Shown here: piece after piece, positions 47,428 to 57,328 of the stretch
How positions within the stretch are numbered: position 1 is the first letter of the stretch
How the letters are laid out: each line of letters starts with the position of its first letter
DNA from: Acidimicrobiia bacterium
GTDB lineage: Bacteria; Actinomycetota; Acidimicrobiia; Spongiisociales; Spongiisociaceae
DNA: 64,000 nucleotides
Assembly: GCA_041576165.1 (NCBI GenBank)
Contig: JBFGLM010000003.1
Location: forward strand, 64,001 to 128,000
Direction: 5' to 3'
Translations under genes and position numbers: made by a program
The notes under the pieces: generated by a model
What the model saw: the letters and a program-made list of their open reading frames with translations, nothing else
What the model was told of the DNA's origin: nothing
The model's database searches: none

Positions 47428-48108
47428 ATGGCCGAACAGATCGATATTGCCGAGTTGTTGACGATCGGTGACCGCCCGGGTCACCGGCAAACGGCCCACG
47501 AGTTCGTGCGCGAGACATTGCGCGCCGCGATCCTGAGCGGCCGCTTGCCCGGCGGGACTCGCCTCGTCCAGGCCGACATCGCAGACATGCTGGAGGTGAG
47601 CACGACGCCCGTGCGGGAAGCCCTGCGCGACCTCGCCTCGGAAGGCATGATCCGGCTGGACGCTCATCGCGGTGGCGTGGTGCATGAGCTCAGCAGTGAG
47701 GAACTCATCGAGATCTACAACATCAGAGCGATCCTCGAACCGGCGGCAATGCGCCAGGCGGTGGAGGGTATGACCGACGACGTGATTGAGCGGGTGGCCC
47801 GCATCCACGAGAAAATGGCCGCAGATCCCCAGTCGTCCGATTTCGTCGACGACAACCGCGACTTTCACCTGGCCATCTACGACGCGGCCGGTTCGCCCCG
47901 GCTGGCAGCCATCCTCAAGGGTCTGCTCGACGCGTCGGTGATGTACGTCAGCGCGGGCCATCGTCTGCGCCCAGAGTTACGAGACCAGGCGGTTGCCGGC
48001 CACGCCCACATCCTCGATGCTCTGCGCCGTCGTGACGCCGACGCAGCTGCCGCCGCCATCCTCACGCACATCAACATCCCGCGCTCTGTGCTGCTCAAGG
48101 AAGAGTGA
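47428..48108 (+). CDS. GntR-family (FCD) transcriptional regulator
   Basis: VSTTPVREAL HTH; FCD domain with NRDFH...H...H. Confidence 0.9.
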   Translation: MAEQIDIAELLTIGDRPGHRQTAHEFVRETLRAAILSGRLPGGTRLVQADIADMLEVSTTPVREALRDLASEGMIRLDAHRGGVVHELSSEELIEIYNIRAILEPAAMRQAVEGMTDDVIERVARIHEKMAADPQSSDFVDDNRDFHLAIYDAAGSPRLAAILKGLLDASVMYVSAGHRLRPELRDQAVAGHAHILDALRRRDADAAAAAILTHINIPRSVLLKEE

Positions 48109-48172
48109 TTCGACCGGCCGCGAGTCCGCGAGGGCGCGAAGTCCGCGCAGTCTTGACCCGACCTGGTGGGCC

Positions 48173-48188
48173 ACCATCACATAAGATC
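48173..48188. promoter_or_regulatory. Putative GntR operator
   Basis: ACCATCACATAAGATC upstream of the amidohydrolase gene. Confidence 0.5.
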
Positions 48189-48214
48189 TACGAACCCTGG
48201 GAGGAGAGAGAGCG

Positions 48215-49216
48215 GTGAGCGTGCCGACGATCGATATCCACTGCCATCTGGCCACACCGGCCGCAGCCGAGCTGCAAGCGCCCCACAAGCGGCCTGAGTA
48301 TGAGCCGTACGACTACTTCATGGGCCAGGACTCGAAGGAACAGAACAAGAAGATGTATCCGACGATCGTCGAGGCGCTGCGAAACCCGGAAGCTCGGATC
48401 GAATATATGGACTCGATGGGCATCCAGATCCAGGGACTGGCGACGTTCGTGTCCGAATACGCGTACTGGGCGCCGACCAGGGTCGGAATCGAGTCGTCCC
48501 GGATCCAGAACGACAACATCGCCCGGGCGGTGGCCGATCATCCCGACCGCTACATCGGTTTCGGGGCCACCGTCCCCCTGCAGGATGTCGACGCCGCCAT
48601 CGCGGAGATGGAGCGAGCGGTGGACGACCTGGGCTTCAAGGGCCTGCAGATCGGCGGCACAGTCGACGGCCACAACCTCGACGAGCCCCGCTTCCGTCCG
48701 TTCTGGCAGGCGGTGGCCGCCCGCGGGATTCCGGTGATCATTCATCCCAACGGTTACGAGGAGAGCCACCGGTTCGGCGACTACTTCATGACGAATTGCA
48801 TCGGCAACCCGCTAGAAACGATGGTGGCCGCCAACCGGATGATCTTTTCCGGGTTGTTCGAAGAGCTACCCGACCTCAAGGTGGTACTGCTCCACGGAGG
48901 CGGCTACCTGCCTTTCTACACGGCCCGGGCCGACCACACCTGGAAGGTGCGGCCCGAGACGCGGGCCCACATTCCTGATCACCCGCCGAGCCACTACATG
49001 CGCAAGCTCTACTACGACACGATGGTGTTCGACCCGCTGTACCTGCGCCATCTCATCGAGATAGTGGGTGCCGACCGGGTGATGGCGGGAACTGATTTCC
49101 CGTTCGACATGGGCGAGACGGACCCGTTGGGTCTCATCGACCGAGTCGAGGGGTTGTCCGGCGAGGAGCGGGATGGCATCAAGGGCGGCAATGCCGCCCG
49201 GCTCTTCGGGGTGTGA
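48215..49216 (+). CDS. Amidohydrolase_2 family protein (ACMS decarboxylase-like)
   Basis: DIHCH, IHP, HGGGYLPF and GTDFPFDMG motifs. Confidence 0.88.
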   Translation: MSVPTIDIHCHLATPAAAELQAPHKRPEYEPYDYFMGQDSKEQNKKMYPTIVEALRNPEARIEYMDSMGIQIQGLATFVSEYAYWAPTRVGIESSRIQNDNIARAVADHPDRYIGFGATVPLQDVDAAIAEMERAVDDLGFKGLQIGGTVDGHNLDEPRFRPFWQAVAARGIPVIIHPNGYEESHRFGDYFMTNCIGNPLETMVAANRMIFSGLFEELPDLKVVLLHGGGYLPFYTARADHTWKVRPETRAHIPDHPPSHYMRKLYYDTMVFDPLYLRHLIEIVGADRVMAGTDFPFDMGETDPLGLIDRVEGLSGEERDGIKGGNAARLFGV

Positions 49217-49224
49217 ACCCGCAG

Positions 49225-50004
49225 TCAGTTGGTGGACTCGGCTGCGATACTTCGCAATCTGGACGCCAGGCCGGCCTCACCCTTGATCTCGAGGGCCCCG
49301 GTGGTCGCCCGGCCCCATATCCAGAGGTCGAGATCTGCCGCCCGGCCGCTCAGCCGCATTTTCGGGTCGAGCTCGTCCGCGCCGACCACCTGCACAGAAT
49401 CAAGGTCGTATTGTGCCCGCGTGTTTGGTGAGGTTCCCGTCAACCGGCCGAACATCAGGCCCCAGGTGCCGCCGTGGTCGGTCTCGGTGATGATCGCGCT
49501 GTTTCCGTCCGGAGTGAAGGTGCTCCACGACGGGAACCCGTCGATTTGGACGTTCAGGATCTCATCGATGCCGTCGGCCGCCAGCGCCGGATCCACCGGG
49601 GTGAGGCGCCCAACACACAGCTCGGCGTCAATGCGGTGAATGAGGGCCTCGTGTGCCTGCCGACGTCGAACCCAGCCGATTGTCTGATCCGGTTCGAACC
49701 AGGTCCAGCAACTGGCCTCCGCCGGCTGGCCGTTCAACGCCCGGTGTAGCCGGGCTGACTGCTCGTTGGCCAAGCCCCGAAGAAGCGACGGTTCCGGCCG
49801 GGTCAGATCGGGCACGAGCTCGGGTTGCATCAATGGACCTTCGACGATCGATGCCCAGAAGTGCTGCACTTCCGCCAGGTGCCAGACGAGATCGGCCATC
49901 GTCCACCCAGGACAGGAGGGAATGGCTTTGCTCAGGTCGGCGACTGTGGCGGCGTCGGCAAAGCGTTGCGATTCATTGGCGAGCGCCGCCAGGTGGTCAA
50001 CCAT
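49225..50004 (-). CDS. Mycothiol-dependent maleylpyruvate isomerase (MDMPI)-family protein
   Basis: PSCPGWTMADLVWHL, RRQAHEALIHRID and AADGIDE motifs. Confidence 0.82.
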   Translation of the reverse strand: MVDHLAALANESQRFADAATVADLSKAIPSCPGWTMADLVWHLAEVQHFWASIVEGPLMQPELVPDLTRPEPSLLRGLANEQSARLHRALNGQPAEASCWTWFEPDQTIGWVRRRQAHEALIHRIDAELCVGRLTPVDPALAADGIDEILNVQIDGFPSWSTFTPDGNSAIITETDHGGTWGLMFGRLTGTSPNTRAQYDLDSVQVVGADELDPKMRLSGRAADLDLWIWGRATTGALEIKGEAGLASRLRSIAAESTN

Positions 50005-50139
50005 GATGGCGGGCACGTTAATGGTGTCGCCGGCCCCGCGCCCGGCCCAGGACCCACGTTCACCAACGGTGGCTGCAGGTGCGCACGGCGCGCACAGATC
50101 GCCGCCAGCCATCCGCATGCCGGGGGGCCCACGAAGGGT

Positions 50140-51114
50140 TCAGCCGGCGTCCTGCATTTCCCGGCCGCGTGGAATGATCTCTCGTCCGGGTCCTTCCGCT
50201 TCGTCGTCGACCATCTGGGCCGGGAATCCCGGAGCGAGAATCCGAGCGCCGACGGCCTCTTCGAGGCGTCGGATGATGTTCGGCGACCACTCTCGGGGCC
50301 CGTAACGCTCGATGGCGTCGTCGAATATGTCCACCAGCAGCGGAGACACGTCGAGTGGAACCTGGTGTCGGTCGGCGATGGCCTGAAACAACCCGATGTC
50401 CTTGGCAACGAGGTCCATCGTGAAGTTGATGTCCCGGGAGCCGTTGAGGATCACCTGGCTCTCGGTCTCATGAACAAACGAGTTCCCCGACGAAATGCGA
50501 ATGGCCTCGTACGTGGTGGTGAGGTCCATTCCGGCTTGCTGAGCCGTGACCAGGGCTTCGGCCAGAGACACCAGATTGGCCGTAGCAAGGTAGTTGGTGA
50601 GCACTTTCAGAATGGAGGCGGAGCCCAGCGGACCGGTGTGCAATATGCGGCGGCCCATCACTGTCAGCAGCGGGAGCATCGCCTCGAATGTGGCCCGGTC
50701 GGCGCCGCCGAAGATCGAGATGTTGCCGGTTGCCGCCCGGTGGCACCCGCCCGAGACCGGACAGTCGATGGCAGAGGCCCCGGTTGCGATGACCTTGGCG
50801 CCGAGGCGCTGCACTTCGTCTGGATCAGTCGTGCTCATCTCGGCCCATGTCTTGCCCGCCGACAATCCGGCCAGGACACCGTCGCTCGCTTCGAGCACCG
50901 CAGCCGAGATCTCCGGGCTCGGGAGGCACGTGATGACCACGTCGCACCGCTCGGCCATGGCCTTGCCCGAGCCGACGGTGGCTGCCCCGGCGTCCACCAA
51001 CGGTGCCAGCGCGGCCGGATCCAGGTCCCGGACCGTGAGGTCGATGCCATTTCGCAGGAGGCTGGTCGCCAGCTTGCTACCGACGTTGCCCAATCCGATG
51101 AAGCCCACCTTCAT
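50140..51114 (-). CDS. 3-hydroxyisobutyrate dehydrogenase-family NAD(P) oxidoreductase
   Basis: MKVGFIGLGNVG, DCPVSGG and LKVLTN motifs. Confidence 0.88.
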   Translation of the reverse strand: MKVGFIGLGNVGSKLATSLLRNGIDLTVRDLDPAALAPLVDAGAATVGSGKAMAERCDVVITCLPSPEISAAVLEASDGVLAGLSAGKTWAEMSTTDPDEVQRLGAKVIATGASAIDCPVSGGCHRAATGNISIFGGADRATFEAMLPLLTVMGRRILHTGPLGSASILKVLTNYLATANLVSLAEALVTAQQAGMDLTTTYEAIRISSGNSFVHETESQVILNGSRDINFTMDLVAKDIGLFQAIADRHQVPLDVSPLLVDIFDDAIERYGPREWSPNIIRRLEEAVGARILAPGFPAQMVDDEAEGPGREIIPRGREMQDAG

Positions 51115-51267
51115 GTCTATTCCTTTCGTGCGCCGGGCAGGGGGAACCGGCGGGGAGCGCCGCGGCCGGGCCGGCCCGGACGATACATCGTCGCCGCACG
51201 ATCCCATCCGAGAAACCAGGGCTCAGAGGGGTTGATCCGGGGAACGGACCGGCTCATACTGCGGCCG

Positions 51268-52269
51268 ATGTTGACCGAGTCCCAGCTCCACCAATTCGCC
51301 GAGCAGGGTTACCTGGTTGTGCCCGACGTACTGTCCGAGGAGGAGCTGGATCCGGTCGTCGACGAGTATGAGGCGGCGCTGGGACGGGCCGCCCGCCGCC
51401 AGCGCGAGCTCGGCAACCTGACCTCCACTCGTGCCGAGCTGGCATTCGCCGACCGCTACACAGCGCTGATCACCGAGAACCCCGACGTTTTCTACTACCT
51501 CGGCATCTCGCTGCCGCTCGACTACGAGGAACTCGACCCCGAACTCGTCCGGGTCCACACCGGGCCGGCCCTGTTCGATCTGCTCCGCCATCCGGCACTG
51601 CTCGACATAGTGGAACCAATTGTCGGTCCCGAGATCGCCCTGAACCCCGTGCTGCAAGCGCGCCTCAAACCGCCTCAGCGGCTTCTGACCGGGGCGATGG
51701 CCTCATACTCGAACGTCGGCGCCACCACATGGCACCAGGACTTCGGGGCGGTCATGGACGACGCCATCGACACCAACATGCTGACGGTGTGGGTCGCGAT
51801 GACCGACGCCACCGAGGACATGGGTTGCCTGGTGGTCCAGCCGGGGTCGCACCGGGAGGGAACGCTCACGCTGCACTGCCCGGGTGTGGCCAACCCCGCT
51901 GAGAACTACATTCCTCGAGCCATGCTGGATCGTCACAGCATCGCACCGGTGCCACTGCCGTGTACCCGCGGAACCCTCGTGCTGCTATCCAAGTACACCG
52001 AGCATGGAGCGCTGCCGAATGTGTCCGATCAGCTGCGGTGGAGCTTCGATCTGCGCTATCAGCCGGCCGGCCAGCCCACCGGCCGACCAGCGTTTCCCTC
52101 CTTCCTGCTCCGCAGCCGGTCAGATCCGGACCGCGAGGTCACTGATCCCGCCGAATATGCGGCTGCTTGGGAGGCAACTCGGGGCCGGATCCTGGCGGGC
52201 GAGATGGACGGCCCGCTCTACGAACAGGGGCGCTGGCTCAAGAACCGCGATAACCCCGTGTGCGCCTGA
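51268..52269 (+). CDS. Phytanoyl-CoA dioxygenase (PhyH)-family Fe(II)/2-oxoglutarate enzyme
   Basis: F.EQGYLVV, WHQD, QPGSH, EHGA and RWSFDLRY motifs. Confidence 0.88.
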   Translation: MLTESQLHQFAEQGYLVVPDVLSEEELDPVVDEYEAALGRAARRQRELGNLTSTRAELAFADRYTALITENPDVFYYLGISLPLDYEELDPELVRVHTGPALFDLLRHPALLDIVEPIVGPEIALNPVLQARLKPPQRLLTGAMASYSNVGATTWHQDFGAVMDDAIDTNMLTVWVAMTDATEDMGCLVVQPGSHREGTLTLHCPGVANPAENYIPRAMLDRHSIAPVPLPCTRGTLVLLSKYTEHGALPNVSDQLRWSFDLRYQPAGQPTGRPAFPSFLLRSRSDPDREVTDPAEYAAAWEATRGRILAGEMDGPLYEQGRWLKNRDNPVCA

Positions 52270-53490
52270 TCACAGCAGGAGCCGCTCTTCATATTCGACC
52301 CTGCTGAGGATGCGCGGCTCGTCCTCGGTGATCAGCACCATGTCCTCTATTCGCACCCCGCCACCGCCTGGGGTGTCGGGTACCCAGACCAGCGGTTCCA
52401 CCGCAAACACCATGTTCGGCTGGAAGTCATATGTGGGCGCGCCCGGCAATGTTTCGCCGATGTAGGGGGGCTCGTTGGCGCCCATGCCGATGCCGTGTCC
52501 GATGAACAAGCTGAACAGGTGCTCGGCCAGCCCGTAGTCACCGATCTTGTTGATGATGGCGTCGGCCACGTCCTTGTTGGTGAACCCGGGACGCATCTTC
52601 TCGAAGCCGGCGTGCAAGCCCTCGTACACTGCGGTGTAGATCTTCTTCTGCGCCGCCGACGGCTTGCCCACGATGGTGGTGCGGCCGATATCTGAGAAAT
52701 ACCCGTTCCACATCGCACCGATGTCGATGAAACAGAGGTCCTGGTTCCGCATGATCTTGTCGGTGGCCAGCCGGTGGGGTGGTGACATGTGCTCGCCCGA
52801 CGCCACGAATGGCGTGATCACATGGGCCATCTCTCCGCCCAGGTAGAACAGGGTCTGCATGGCGTCTCCCGCCACCTCCAGCTCGCGGCGGCCCGCCCGG
52901 GTCTCATCGAGCGCCCGCTGGGTGACGGAATCTCCGATGGCGCAGGCCTCTTCGATCACGGGGATCTCCAGATCGGATTTCACCCACCGGGCGTGGTGGA
53001 GCACCGTGTCGCCATCGACCAGCTCCAGGTCGGGCAAGTGCCGGCGCATCGCCTCCACAAAGCTGATGTTGGCCTGGTCTACCCCCAGCCGGCCCTGTCC
53101 GTAGCCGCGATCCCGCAGGATCGGCCCGAGTATGTCTTTGACGAACCCGTCTACCAGCTCCGCCTGTTCCATGATCGGGATGGCGTGCGCCTCGCCGATC
53201 CACGACATCCCGAAGTTGGCCTTGTCGATCTCCCCGCCGGAACACAGCAAAACCGGGTCCGCGTCGGGTCCCAGCAAAGCGCCGTTGAGCGACGTGGTCT
53301 TGCCCGCGATCAGCTGGGCGCGCAAGGCCGTGAGGTAACGCACGTTCTCGTCTTTCCACACCAGCAACGCGTCGATATCCGAGTCCCGCAGCGAGGCCTG
53401 GGCGGCGGCAACGCGCTCCCGGCGTAGCGCGGCAAAGTCGTACCGGTCCTCCCAGTCGACCGCGAACGGGCCCTTGGCGTATCCGGACAT
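52270..53490 (-). CDS. M24-family metallohydrolase (second paralog)
   Basis: ENVRY, FIDIG...YFSD, GHGIG, AVEP and RIEDM; start ATG 53490. Confidence 0.85.
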   Translation of the reverse strand: MSGYAKGPFAVDWEDRYDFAALRRERVAAAQASLRDSDIDALLVWKDENVRYLTALRAQLIAGKTTSLNGALLGPDADPVLLCSGGEIDKANFGMSWIGEAHAIPIMEQAELVDGFVKDILGPILRDRGYGQGRLGVDQANISFVEAMRRHLPDLELVDGDTVLHHARWVKSDLEIPVIEEACAIGDSVTQRALDETRAGRRELEVAGDAMQTLFYLGGEMAHVITPFVASGEHMSPPHRLATDKIMRNQDLCFIDIGAMWNGYFSDIGRTTIVGKPSAAQKKIYTAVYEGLHAGFEKMRPGFTNKDVADAIINKIGDYGLAEHLFSLFIGHGIGMGANEPPYIGETLPGAPTYDFQPNMVFAVEPLVWVPDTPGGGGVRIEDMVLITEDEPRILSRVEYEERLLL

Positions 53491-53515
53491 CGGGTGCCCT
53501 CCTCTCGGCAGATCA

Positions 53516-53531
53516 TGCATCGTATAAGATC
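53516..53531. promoter_or_regulatory. Putative GntR operator in a divergent promoter
   Basis: TGCATCGTATAAGATC. Confidence 0.65.
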
Positions 53532-53564
53532 GGCGTTCAGTTTGGCCGTTCCGAGAGGTGATGG

Positions 53565-54560
53565 GTGACAGACATCCCGGTCCAGGATCCGGCAAGTGGG
53601 CTCGACCCTGTCGATTTCGAACCGGTGGGACCCAAAGTAAAAGAACCCTTCCCGGATCTGGTGCTTCCCGATCAGACGGGCGCCCTCGTCGATCTGCATG
53701 CGCATCGGGCGGGTCGACGGGCGATTGTTGTATTCCACCGCAGCGCCGACTGGTGACCGTGGTGCAAGATGCAGCTGGTCGAGCTGCAGGAATCGACTGC
53801 CGCGTCCGGCATTGCCGTGTTTGCAATCAGCTACGACCCGGTAGATGTCCTGGCCGGCTTTGCCCGGGAGCACAACATCACCTATCCGTTGCTGGCCGAC
53901 GTTGGCTCAAAAGCGATCGAAGAGCTCGGCTTGCTTCACCAGGACATGGACCGGGAACGCGCCTACTGGGGTCGTGAGACGGAGGACCGGCACCGCCGGC
54001 TGCCGTACCCGGCCACTTTCGTGCTCGACGAAGACGGGCTCGTAGTCGACAAAGTGATCGAGCGGTCACACCGCAACCGGCCGACGGGCCAGATGTTGCT
54101 CGAGGATCTCGGCGTCGGACCGACGGCGGGGGAGGTGCAGGCCTCCGCGGCCGGTGACGGGCTCGCCGTCACCGCCTGGGTCCCGGCGGCCGACTACTTC
54201 CCGAACCAGATCTTCCGGGTGGGAGTTCGGGTGGCAGTGGCGGATGGGTTACATCTGTACGTACCGCCGACGCCTAGCTGGTACCAGCATCTCGACGTCT
54301 CCATCGACGCGCCACCGGGCGTCTACTGGGACCCGCCCCACCTCCCGGAGGGAGCATCCTTCCGGGTCGACGGGCTCGATGAAGAGTTCTGGGTTGTGGA
54401 CGGCAGCGTGACCCTGTCGTGTCCGGTGCATATCCACGAGGACGTGGGAGACGTCGTTCTCGGTGTGAGGGTGCGGTACCAGGCGTGCAGCTCGGACGCG
54501 TGCCTGATTCCCGACAACCTGGCGTTGGAGCTGCCGCTGCGGAGCCGGGGGAAGCTGTGA
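53565..54560 (+). CDS. Selenocysteine-containing AhpC/TSA-like redoxin (UxxC) fused to a DsbD N-terminal domain
   Basis: ORFs 53565-53756 and 53769-54560 are in frame and join as FHRSADW-TGA-PWCKMQL. Thioredoxin-fold motifs AISYD, YPLLAD and PATFVLD are present, and the C-terminus has LHLY...YQACSSDACLIP. Confidence 0.88.
53770..53788 (+). promoter_or_regulatory. Putative bacterial SECIS element
   Basis: TGCAGCT-GGTCG-AGCTGCA: a perfect 7-bp stem with a G-containing apical loop, 13 nt after the in-frame TGA (53754-53756). Confidence 0.75.
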
Positions 54561-55468
54561 CGTACGAGGTGCGCGTCGGCGGCTATGCCCCCCGTGACTC
54601 GACCCACAGCCAGGCCGTTGCGCATTTCGCTGAGCGCTTCAACCGGCGCTTGGGCCGTGATGACGCAGTGGACATCTTGTGGAACATCCTCGACGAGAGT
54701 CGGCCCGCTTCGGACCTGCTGTCGATGGTCGAGGCCGGCGAATTGACCTGGTGCTACTTCTCGTCGAGCTACCTGGGCTCCCGGGTGCCGGAACTCAACG
54801 CACTGGAGCTGCCGTTTCTCTTCTCCAGCCTCGACGAGGCGCATGCCGCCCTCGATGGCGAGTTCGGTGCGTGGCTCACGGCCGCCACCGAGCGGCGCAC
54901 GCCTTACGAGGTGCTCGGCTACTGGGACAACGGGTTTCGTCATTTCACCAACCGGCTTCGGCCCGTCCGGCAGCCATCCGACGTCACTGGGATGACGGTG
55001 CGACTGCAGCCGAACGCCATCCATGAGGCGATGGTGGAAGCTTGGGGCGGCGTTCCGCGGCCGGTGGAATTGAGCGAAGGTATCCGGCTCATCTCCGCAG
55101 GCGAAGTCGACGCCCAGGAGAATCCACTCGCCAACACCGTGGCCTACGAGGTCGATCAGGTACATCACCACGTCACCATGTCCGGCCACCTGTACGGGGC
55201 GAGAGGCCTGTACGCCAACCGCGCCGCGCTCGCGGCCATGCCACCGGTGGTTGCCGCAGCAGTCCGGGCCGCCGCCTGCGACGCGATCATGTTCCAGCGC
55301 GGTGCCGCCGCCGCGTATGAGGCCGAACTACGGCGCCGGCTCGAAGGACGTGGCGTCGAGTTCGTGGACCTCACCGGACCAGAGCGGGAGCAGTTCGTCG
55401 CTGCCACCGCTGGTGTCATCGAACGAGCACGTGCGGATCAACCAGCGGACACCCCGTGGCCAGCGTGA
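54557..55468 (+). CDS. TRAP transporter DctP-family solute-binding protein (no signal peptide)
   Basis: LELPFLF, GYWDNGFRHF and VDAQENP motifs; GTGA overlap with the upstream stop. Confidence 0.8.
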   Translation: MTYEVRVGGYAPRDSTHSQAVAHFAERFNRRLGRDDAVDILWNILDESRPASDLLSMVEAGELTWCYFSSSYLGSRVPELNALELPFLFSSLDEAHAALDGEFGAWLTAATERRTPYEVLGYWDNGFRHFTNRLRPVRQPSDVTGMTVRLQPNAIHEAMVEAWGGVPRPVELSEGIRLISAGEVDAQENPLANTVAYEVDQVHHHVTMSGHLYGARGLYANRAALAAMPPVVAAAVRAAACDAIMFQRGAAAAYEAELRRRLEGRGVEFVDLTGPEREQFVAATAGVIERARADQPADTPWPA

Positions 55469-56220
55469 CTTGGGCGTTCGCAGGGCGAACGGTAGCGATC
55501 ACCGGGTCGGCTGTCGGAATGGGCCAGGCTGCGGTGCACGCATTCGCCGGAGCCGGAGCTCGCGTGTTCGGGCTCGATGTCGATGAGGATCGGGGCCGCG
55601 CTGTGTGCGACGCCGCCCGGAATGCCGGCGGCGACGCGACGTTTCTGCCGGCCGATGTCACGTCCAAGCCGCAAGTCGTGAGGGCGTTCGAAGAGATCGC
55701 CCGGTCCGGCGGGCTCGACGTGCTCATCAACAACGCGGGCGGGTTCTGGGAGCAGCTGACCACCGAGGAAACGTCAGAGGAGGAGTGGGACAAGGTCATC
55801 GACCTGAATCTCAAGAGTGTGTTCCTGTGCTCGCAGGCGGCCGCTCCCATGCTGAAGGTGTCGGGAGCCGGGCGGATCATCACGGTCAGCTCCCTCGCCG
55901 GCCAGACGACTATGTACCGGTCGTCTCCGCCGTATTCCGCTGCCAAGGCGGGGGTGCTGGCCCTGAGCCGGGTCCTGGCCTACGAACTGGCCGAGTTCGG
56001 GGTCACGTCCAATGCGATCGCGCCCAGCGCCGTGCTCACCGAGCGAGTCAAGGAGGTTCGGGGTCCAGAAGAGCGGGCCAGGACGCAGGAGACCATTCCT
56101 CTCGGTCGGTACGGCGAGGTAGAGGACATCGTCAATTGGATGCTCTTCCTGGCGTCTGATGAGGCGGCCTACATGACCGGTCAAACCGTGTCAGTCAACG
56201 GCGGGAGGTTCATGGCATGA
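55456..56220 (+). CDS. Short-chain dehydrogenase/reductase
   Basis: TGSAVGMG, NNAG and YSAAK motifs. Confidence 0.9.
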   Translation: MASVTWAFAGRTVAITGSAVGMGQAAVHAFAGAGARVFGLDVDEDRGRAVCDAARNAGGDATFLPADVTSKPQVVRAFEEIARSGGLDVLINNAGGFWEQLTTEETSEEEWDKVIDLNLKSVFLCSQAAAPMLKVSGAGRIITVSSLAGQTTMYRSSPPYSAAKAGVLALSRVLAYELAEFGVTSNAIAPSAVLTERVKEVRGPEERARTQETIPLGRYGEVEDIVNWMLFLASDEAAYMTGQTVSVNGGRFMA

Positions 56221-57062
56221 TCGGCTTTGTTGGATTGGGACGGATGGGTTTCCCCATGGCCCGCAACCTGGCGGAGGCGGGCCATCAGGTGGTTGCCGTC
56301 GATTCATCGCCTCAGGCGGTTTCCCGAGCTCGTGACGCCGGTATCGACGCGTCCTCGGACCTCGCCGCCTTGGCGAATGTCGACACGGTGTGCTCATCGT
56401 TGCCGGACACCGCCGAAGTCGAGCAGGTGTATGCCGGCGTTCTGCTGGACGAACTGGCTGAAGGCGCTATCTGCGTGGATCTGTCCACCATCTCCATCCA
56501 GGGTTCGCGGCGAATCGCGGCGGTGGCGGCCGAACGCGGGATCTCGTTTCTGGATGCGCCTGTCAGCGGGACGGTCCCGCATGCCGCGGCAGCCACCCTG
56601 GCGATCATGGTTGGGGGCGACCCCGAGGCGCTCGCCTCCGTCCGTCCGATTCTCGATGTGCTCAGCTCGACGGTTCACCATATGGGACCGAATGGCGCCG
56701 GGTTGATCATGAAACTGATCACGAACCGGCTGCTCAGCGCGTGTACTGCGGCTATCGCCGAGTCGGTTCTCAGCATGGAGAGGAACCACATCGACCTCGA
56801 AGAAGGTTTGGCGTTCCTGGCGGGCAGCGCAGTGCCCAAGCTGATCGATTACAAAGGGCCGGCGTTGCGAACCCGGGACTATTCGCCGAACTTCACCGTG
56901 GACCTGATGCGTAAAGACCTCCGCCATGCGGCGGCGCGGGCCGGTCCCGACCGCATGGCGCGGCTGGTGCACGAGATCTTCGACGAAGCCGCCGCCCTGG
57001 GTCACGGCGACGAGGACATTGCGGCCATCATCGAAACGTTCGGCGCTGAGGTGTCGAGTTGA
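56217..57062 (+). CDS. 3-hydroxyisobutyrate/tartronate-semialdehyde reductase-family oxidoreductase
   Basis: GFVGLGRMG, DAPVSG and MKLITN motifs. Confidence 0.88.
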   Translation: MIGFVGLGRMGFPMARNLAEAGHQVVAVDSSPQAVSRARDAGIDASSDLAALANVDTVCSSLPDTAEVEQVYAGVLLDELAEGAICVDLSTISIQGSRRIAAVAAERGISFLDAPVSGTVPHAAAATLAIMVGGDPEALASVRPILDVLSSTVHHMGPNGAGLIMKLITNRLLSACTAAIAESVLSMERNHIDLEEGLAFLAGSAVPKLIDYKGPALRTRDYSPNFTVDLMRKDLRHAAARAGPDRMARLVHEIFDEAAALGHGDEDIAAIIETFGAEVSS

Positions 57063-57274
57063 CTGACGACGGCCGGCATGATCGGAAGCGGGCGGCGATG
57101 GCTGCCAATCTGGCCGAGCAAAGCGGGCGTTCGCTGGAGGATTGGGTAGAGCTGGTCGACCGGGCGGAAGTAGCGGGCTTCATGGAGGTCGTGGGATGGC
57201 TGAAACAGACACACGGCCTCGGTCATTTCCAGGCCCGGCTGGTGGCGGAAGCGCACCGGGACCGGCCTGGTTGA
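57059..57274 (+). CDS. DUF4287-like small protein
   Basis: NLAEQSGRSLEDW...WLKQTHGLGHFQA motif. Confidence 0.7.
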   Translation: MTDDGRHDRKRAAMAANLAEQSGRSLEDWVELVDRAEVAGFMEVVGWLKQTHGLGHFQARLVAEAHRDRPG

Positions 57275-57328
57275 GCGGGCAGTACCCGCCCCCGCCCGGT
57301 AGCGTGACCTGGTTTGAAGGAGGAGCCC

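Noticed and set aside
49825-51267. Long N-terminal extension making PhyH an 814-aa fusion
   Set aside because: The extension overlaps two real minus-strand genes, and PhyH homology begins at ATG 51268.
53565-53756. Pseudogene, separate 63-aa ORF, or alternative genetic code
   Set aside because: The TGA falls exactly at the redox-active position and is followed by a SECIS-like hairpin. TGA is a normal stop in many neighbouring genes.
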